From Paraspadella gotoi (lineage: Eukaryota; Animalia; Chaetognatha), in contig JBJCIZ010000088.1 in NCBI GenBank assembly GCA_051294375.1, forward strand, positions 1 to 9,097: 9,097 bases of DNA, written 5' to 3'. The notes under the pieces were generated by a model. That model saw only the letters and a list, made by a program, of their open reading frames with translations. It was not told the DNA's origin and did no database searches. The translations under genes were made by a program, and so were the position numbers. This document shows, one piece after another, positions 5,008 through 9,097 of this stretch. Numbering within the stretch: the stretch's first letter is position 1; every line of letters begins with the position of its first letter.

Positions 5008-8000
5008 CCCAGCGATCTACTTTATATTAGAGACGCCGGCGACAAAACCAAATGGTTAGTCGACGGAGGCGCCTTAATATCCATCGTTCCGCCAACGTCA
5101 CAACAACGACAAGGAGGACCTGATTCGAAAATCAAGCTCCAAGCAGCTAATGGGTCACCAATTCATTGTTATGGAACGATACAACGAACAGTTCAACTGG
5201 GCAATCGAAAGTATCAATACGAATTCGTCGTCGCTGAAGTCAAACAGCATATACTTGGAGCAGACTTTCTTGCAGAGAATTTCTTGGCCCCCAATCACCG
5301 CGACGGCCTCTTGCTTGATTTACGCGACTACTCGACCATAGCGGCGTCATCAACGTCAACGAGTAGAGAAGAGACAGCGCACGTCAATTTTGTCGACAGG
5401 CAGGGAGAAAAGTACTATCAACTCCTAAATTCGTTTCCATCCTTGTCGACACCCACCTTCGAGCTCAAAGAGCCAAAACATGGAGTGACTCACTCCATCC
5501 CTACCGAAGGTAGACCATGTCAATCGAGAGCACGACGCCTCGACGCTGAAAAACTCGCCGTCGCTAAGCGTGAATTAGAGAAAATGGTCTCTCTGGGCAT
5601 CGCTAAGCGCGGAAAATCAGAATGGTCATCGCCGCTCCACGTCGTATCAAAACCAGACGGGGGCTGGCGATGTTGTGGAGATTATAGGCGTTTAAATACT
5701 CAAACCATTGATGACAAATACCCAGTAAAACTTTTGACTGATTTCAATTCTCAACTCGAGGGTAAAACGATATTTTCAAAAATAGATCTGTTAAAGGGAT
5801 ACCACCAGATCCCGGTAAACCCCGAGGACGTCAAAAAAACTGCAGTGATTACTCCGTTTGGTTTGTACGTCTTTCCACGCTGTCCATTCGGATTAAAAAA
5901 TGCTGGACAAGACTTTCAGCGACTCATGGATGAGATCCTCGGAGATATACCGCATACGTTCGTCTATCTAGACGATATCCTCGTCGCATCTTCATCTCCG
6001 GAGGAGCATCACCAGGACCTCGAGAGGGTGTTCAAAGCGCTGGACGCCAATGGACTCGTAGTAAACACTAAAAAGTGCATACTAGGCCAAGAGTCGATCG
6101 AGTTTCTGGGCTTCTTAGTAGACAAAAACGGTGTACGACCATTACCTGAACGCGTACAAACTCTACAAGAGACAACTCGCCCGACCACAATCAAAGAGCT
6201 ACAGCGATTTCTAGGTATGATCAATTACTATCGCCGTTTCATACCTAGAGTCGCTCACAGATGCGCACCCCTCTATGAGGCCCTTAGCGGAAAACCTAAA
6301 TCGCTCAACTGGACAACCGATTGTGAGAGAGCCTTCGAAGCGATTAAGGAAGGGCTAATCCAGGCCGCACTGCTCCACCATCCACGAACAGGCGCACAAC
6401 TGTGTGTAACGACGGACGCCTCTGATCAAGCGGTCGGAGCTGTACTGGAGCAACGCGGGCCAAAGGGTTGGGAACCCTTGGCCTTTTTCTCGACCAAATT
6501 GGCCAAAAACCAAAAACTCTGGCCTCCTTTCGATAAGGAGCTTTTTGGCGCCTTTAAAGCGGTACGTCACTTCCGCCATTGGATAGAGGGAAGATCGTTT
6601 ACGCTCTACACGGATCACCAGAGCCTGGTAGCAGCAATAAAGAAAAAAACGGAACCACAAACGGTACGTCAGTCCTACCAGCTCTCGGTGATAGCCGAGT
6701 TTACCACCGACGTACGTTATCTCAAAGGAAAAGCCAATGTTGTGGCAGACGCTTTGTCGAGACCGAATGCCACGCCCACGACATCAGCGCCAACTTCGAC
6801 AACATCGCCGACGACAATCTCGACCTCAGCGGCGCCATCGGCGCCAATTCCGCCGTCAGAACCTTCGTCGACGCAATCACCGTCGATATCGTCGCTATTA
6901 TCGTCGTCGGCGTCATCGTCGCTATCAACGTCGATCAACTCCGCCACGAATCCGCCTCCCTCGTCATCAGTAGCGTCAACCACGTCAACAACGACGCCGT
7001 TATCCTCGACGCCTTCGACGACAACTGCAGAATTGCCAGCGCCATCAATCGCTACAGAGAATCAAGCGACAAGAGAAAAATCGATCAAATTAAATCGACT
7101 CGAAGATGCAAAAGCAGTGATATCTTCATTAACGAGTTTCGAAATCGATTTCGAAAGCATGGCAAGGGAACAAGCGTTAGACCCAGAATATCAACGCATA
7201 GCGGAAGAAGCAAGATCAGGCCTCACCTTTAGAAAGATAAAAGTAGGTAACGAAGATTTATTAGTCGATATTTCAAATGGACCGGCTAGACCTTTCGTAC
7301 CAGCCGCTTGGCGCAGAAAGATATTTGAAATTATCCACGGTCTCGGGCATCCTGGCGTCGACGCCACGAGAAAAGCAGTAGCGGCCAAATTCGTGTGGAA
7401 AAGCATGAAACAAGATGTCTCTAAATGGGCTCGAGACTGTCTCGATTGTCAGCGAGCAAAAATTACTCGCCATACAATTCCAGAGATAGGAGAATTTAAG
7501 ATTCCTCCCCGTAGGTTTCAGCATCTGAACCTTGACTTGGTCAAAATGCCCAAATCCAACGAATATTCGCACCTACTCACTATTGTAGATCGCTTTTCAA
7601 GATGGCCGACGGCGATCCCCCTTCGAGACACTTTGACGTCAACAATATTAGACGCTTTAAGTTTAAATTGGATAAGCGTTTTCGGGACTCCGACCATCAT
7701 AACGACAGACAGGGGAACGCAATTTAACTCGTCCCTATGGCGACAGTTAACAAAACAGTGGGGAATCAAACACCAAACCACCACGGCTTACCACCCCCAG
7801 GCCAACGGCCTGGTCGAACGATTTCATCGACGGTTGAAAGAGTCATTGATCGCTCTCGCTCGAGAAAACAGAGAGAAATGGTATTGGAAGTTGCCCATGA
7901 CACTCCTCGCAATACGTACAACAATAAAAGAGGATATAGGCGCATCAGCAGCGGATATGGTTTTCGGGGAGGGCATCGCCATCCCCGGATGCATCGTCGA

Positions 8001-8928
8001 CAACTCACAGCTCGACGACGCCGCTCTGCAGCGTCAATCTCGAAATCAACTTTCAAAGCTCAGATTAGAAGTGGCACGATTGCAACCAACGCCGACTTCA
8101 GCTCACCAGCAAACGTCTGTGCACATCCCGAGCAACCTAGAGACAGCGAAATATGTATTTGTAAGACGGGCAGGTGTCAACCCCCCATTAGTCCCCCCAT
8201 ATGAAGGTCCCTATAGAGTCATTAACAAAAACAATCTTAATATGACTATTGAAATCCCCAGTAAAGGACGCGAAACGGTTAACGTCGCTAGAGTCAAACC
8301 GGCGTGGATCGACGACGAGCAGCTGGAGGTCGACCAAGAGCATCCTCAACGTCGCCCACCTGGTCGACAACCCCGCCCAAGCACGAGGACGGCGCCAGCA
8401 ACAACGCGAGCAACACGATCAACGAATCAACGAGCAGCGTCGCCTGATCCTCCCGTTCCTCCTCCTCCTCCTCCTTCCCCCCCCCTTCCACCTCTTGTCC
8501 CAATCAACCCCACATCTCCCCGACCCACCATCACCCCCTTTACGTTTTTTCCTCCCATCTTCCCCTTCTCCCAGCTTCCACGCGAGACAGGTCAAGCGTC
8601 AAGAAGGCGAGAAGCGAGGAACAACAACAACAACGAAGAAAATCAAAAAGATGAGCCAACGATTGAAAGATTTTCCAAACCAGCAGCGGGAGACTTCTCG
8701 AACAGGCCGATTCGACCAACGTATTCAGTCGTACTCAAGGAGATGCTCCGCCGACAAGAAGAACAAAACAACAACAACAACAACAACAAAAAGAAAAAAG
8801 AGATAAAAACCCCCCTGTCGACCCTATCGACAGCCGGAGCATCTTCTTCCCAGCATCCTCGGTCTTCCTCCCGTCTCCTAGCTCCGACTGTCGATGATAC
8901 AGTAACGAAGGAATCCAAAGAAATGTAA
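4948..8928 (+). CDS. pol: Pol polyprotein (PR-RT-RNaseH-IN), expressed as a Gag-Pol fusion by -1 frameshift
   Basis: PR LVDGGA/ILGADF; RT YLDD (5965-5976); RNase H TDAS, TDH, ADALSR; IN HGLGH...CLDC, D..D(35)E (TDRG...NGLVE) and GPY (8206-8214). No stops. Confidence 0.97.
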   Translation, partial: RQRGTTSVNAVPQASTKSPTPSDLLYIRDAGDKTKWLVDGGALISIVPPTSQQRQGGPDSKIKLQAANGSPIHCYGTIQRTVQLGNRKYQYEFVVAEVKQHILGADFLAENFLAPNHRDGLLLDLRDYSTIAASSTSTSREETAHVNFVDRQGEKYYQLLNSFPSLSTPTFELKEPKHGVTHSIPTEGRPCQSRARRLDAEKLAVAKRELEKMVSLGIAKRGKSEWSSPLHVVSKPDGGWRCCGDYRRLNTQTIDDKYPVKLLTDFNSQLEGKTIFSKIDLLKGYHQIPVNPEDVKKTAVITPFGLYVFPRCPFGLKNAGQDFQRLMDEILGDIPHTFVYLDDILVASSSPEEHHQDLERVFKALDANGLVVNTKKCILGQESIEFLGFLVDKNGVRPLPERVQTLQETTRPTTIKELQRFLGMINYYRRFIPRVAHRCAPLYEALSGKPKSLNWTTDCERAFEAIKEGLIQAALLHHPRTGAQLCVTTDASDQAVGAVLEQRGPKGWEPLAFFSTKLAKNQKLWPPFDKELFGAFKAVRHFRHWIEGRSFTLYTDHQSLVAAIKKKTEPQTVRQSYQLSVIAEFTTDVRYLKGKANVVADALSRPNATPTTSAPTSTTSPTTISTSAAPSAPIPPSEPSSTQSPSISSLLSSSASSSLSTSINSATNPPPSSSVASTTSTTTPLSSTPSTTTAELPAPSIATENQATREKSIKLNRLEDAKAVISSLTSFEIDFESMAREQALDPEYQRIAEEARSGLTFRKIKVGNEDLLVDISNGPARPFVPAAWRRKIFEIIHGLGHPGVDATRKAVAAKFVWKSMKQDVSKWARDCLDCQRAKITRHTIPEIGEFKIPPRRFQHLNLDLVKMPKSNEYSHLLTIVDRFSRWPTAIPLRDTLTSTILDALSLNWISVFGTPTIITTDRGTQFNSSLWRQLTKQWGIKHQTTTAYHPQANGLVERFHRRLKESLIALARENREKWYWKLPMTLLAIRTTIKEDIGASAADMVFGEGIAIPGCIVDNSQLDDAALQRQSRNQLSKLRLEVARLQPTPTSAHQQTSVHIPSNLETAKYVFVRRAGVNPPLVPPYEGPYRVINKNNLNMTIEIPSKGRETVNVARVKPAWIDDEQLEVDQEHPQRRPPGRQPRPSTRTAPATTRATRSTNQRAASPDPPVPPPPPPSPPLPPLVPINPTSPRPTITPFTFFPPIFPFSQLPRETGQASRRREARNNNNNEENQKDEPTIERFSKPAAGDFSNRPIRPTYSVVLKEMLRRQEEQNNNNNNNKKKKEIKTPLSTLSTAGASSSQHPRSSSRLLAPTVDDTVTKESKEM
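8458..8475 (+). repeat. (CCT)6 microsatellite encoding polyproline
   Basis: Direct reading. Confidence 0.9.
8767..8787 (+). repeat. (AAC)7 microsatellite encoding poly-Asn; (AAC)5 tracts also at 2294-2308 and 8620-8634
   Basis: Direct reading. Confidence 0.9.
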
Positions 8929-9097
8929 ATTTTGTAAATTTGGCAATTTTTGTGAATTTTGTATTTTTCGATTTTGTAATTTTGTTATTTTAAAGCGGAA
9001 ATTTTGGAATTTTAGATTTTGAAAGATTTTACACACGTTGAAGCAGTTGTAAACCTTGTTTATATATTCGTATATAAATTTTTGAATTATTTATTAT
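8929..9097 (+). other. T-rich 3'UTR of copy 2 with degenerate AATTTTG(T) repeats
   Basis: Follows the pol stop; ATTTT units recur at roughly 8-9 nt spacing in the first ~90 nt. Confidence 0.6.

Larger units (their letters stand above)
3663..9097 (+). mobile_element. Ty3/Gypsy LTR retrotransposon, CsRn1-like clade, copy 2 (intact coding region)
   Basis: LTR 3' end CGCCACA (3672-3678), PBS, gag, uninterrupted PR-RT-RH-IN pol and 3'UTR. The 3' LTR would lie outside the window. Confidence 0.96.

Noticed and set aside
6579-7232. Overlapping 217-aa ORF with a hydrophobic VDIVAIIVVGVIVAI stretch, plus acidic antisense ORFs (6717-6983)
   Set aside because: Explained as alternative-frame shadows of the TCG/TCA-rich Ser/Thr linker; no second copy is available to show conservation.
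8450-8570. Minus-strand G-quadruplex potential of the C-rich tract
   Set aside because: Fully accounted for by proline codons; no independent evidence.
8249-8806. 185-aa +1-frame ORF as an env-like third ORF
   Set aside because: TTG start; the Leu run derives from the (CCT)n repeat; no env features; the equivalent frame in copy 0 has a stop at 13-15.

Overview
Eukaryotic (probably animal) scaffold made almost entirely of same-strand Ty3/Gypsy LTR retrotransposons of the CsRn1/Kabuki/Boudicca type (Gag C-x2-H-x9-C-x3-C knuckle, tRNA-Trp-like PBS, PR-RT-RH-IN order). Three related but diverged units lie head-to-tail. (0) 1-~460: the 3' tail of an upstream pol, a T-rich 3'UTR and a candidate polypurine tract. 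(1) A candidate LTR (~461-1176), PBS, intact gag and a PR-RT fragment broken at 3229 and by assembly gaps. (2) After a 10-N gap: LTR end, PBS, intact gag and a complete pol to 8928. Comparing copies 1 and 2 reveals conserved cis-elements: a G_GGA_AAC -1 frameshift site with a covarying pseudoknot, an invariant 20-nt leader block with splice-donor consensus plus a hairpin, weak/strong tandem gag starts, a non-canonical D-G-G protease active site and a variant PBS. A structured tRNA-like (A/B-box) segment lies antisense in the candidate LTR. Part of the tandem layout may be an assembly artefact.
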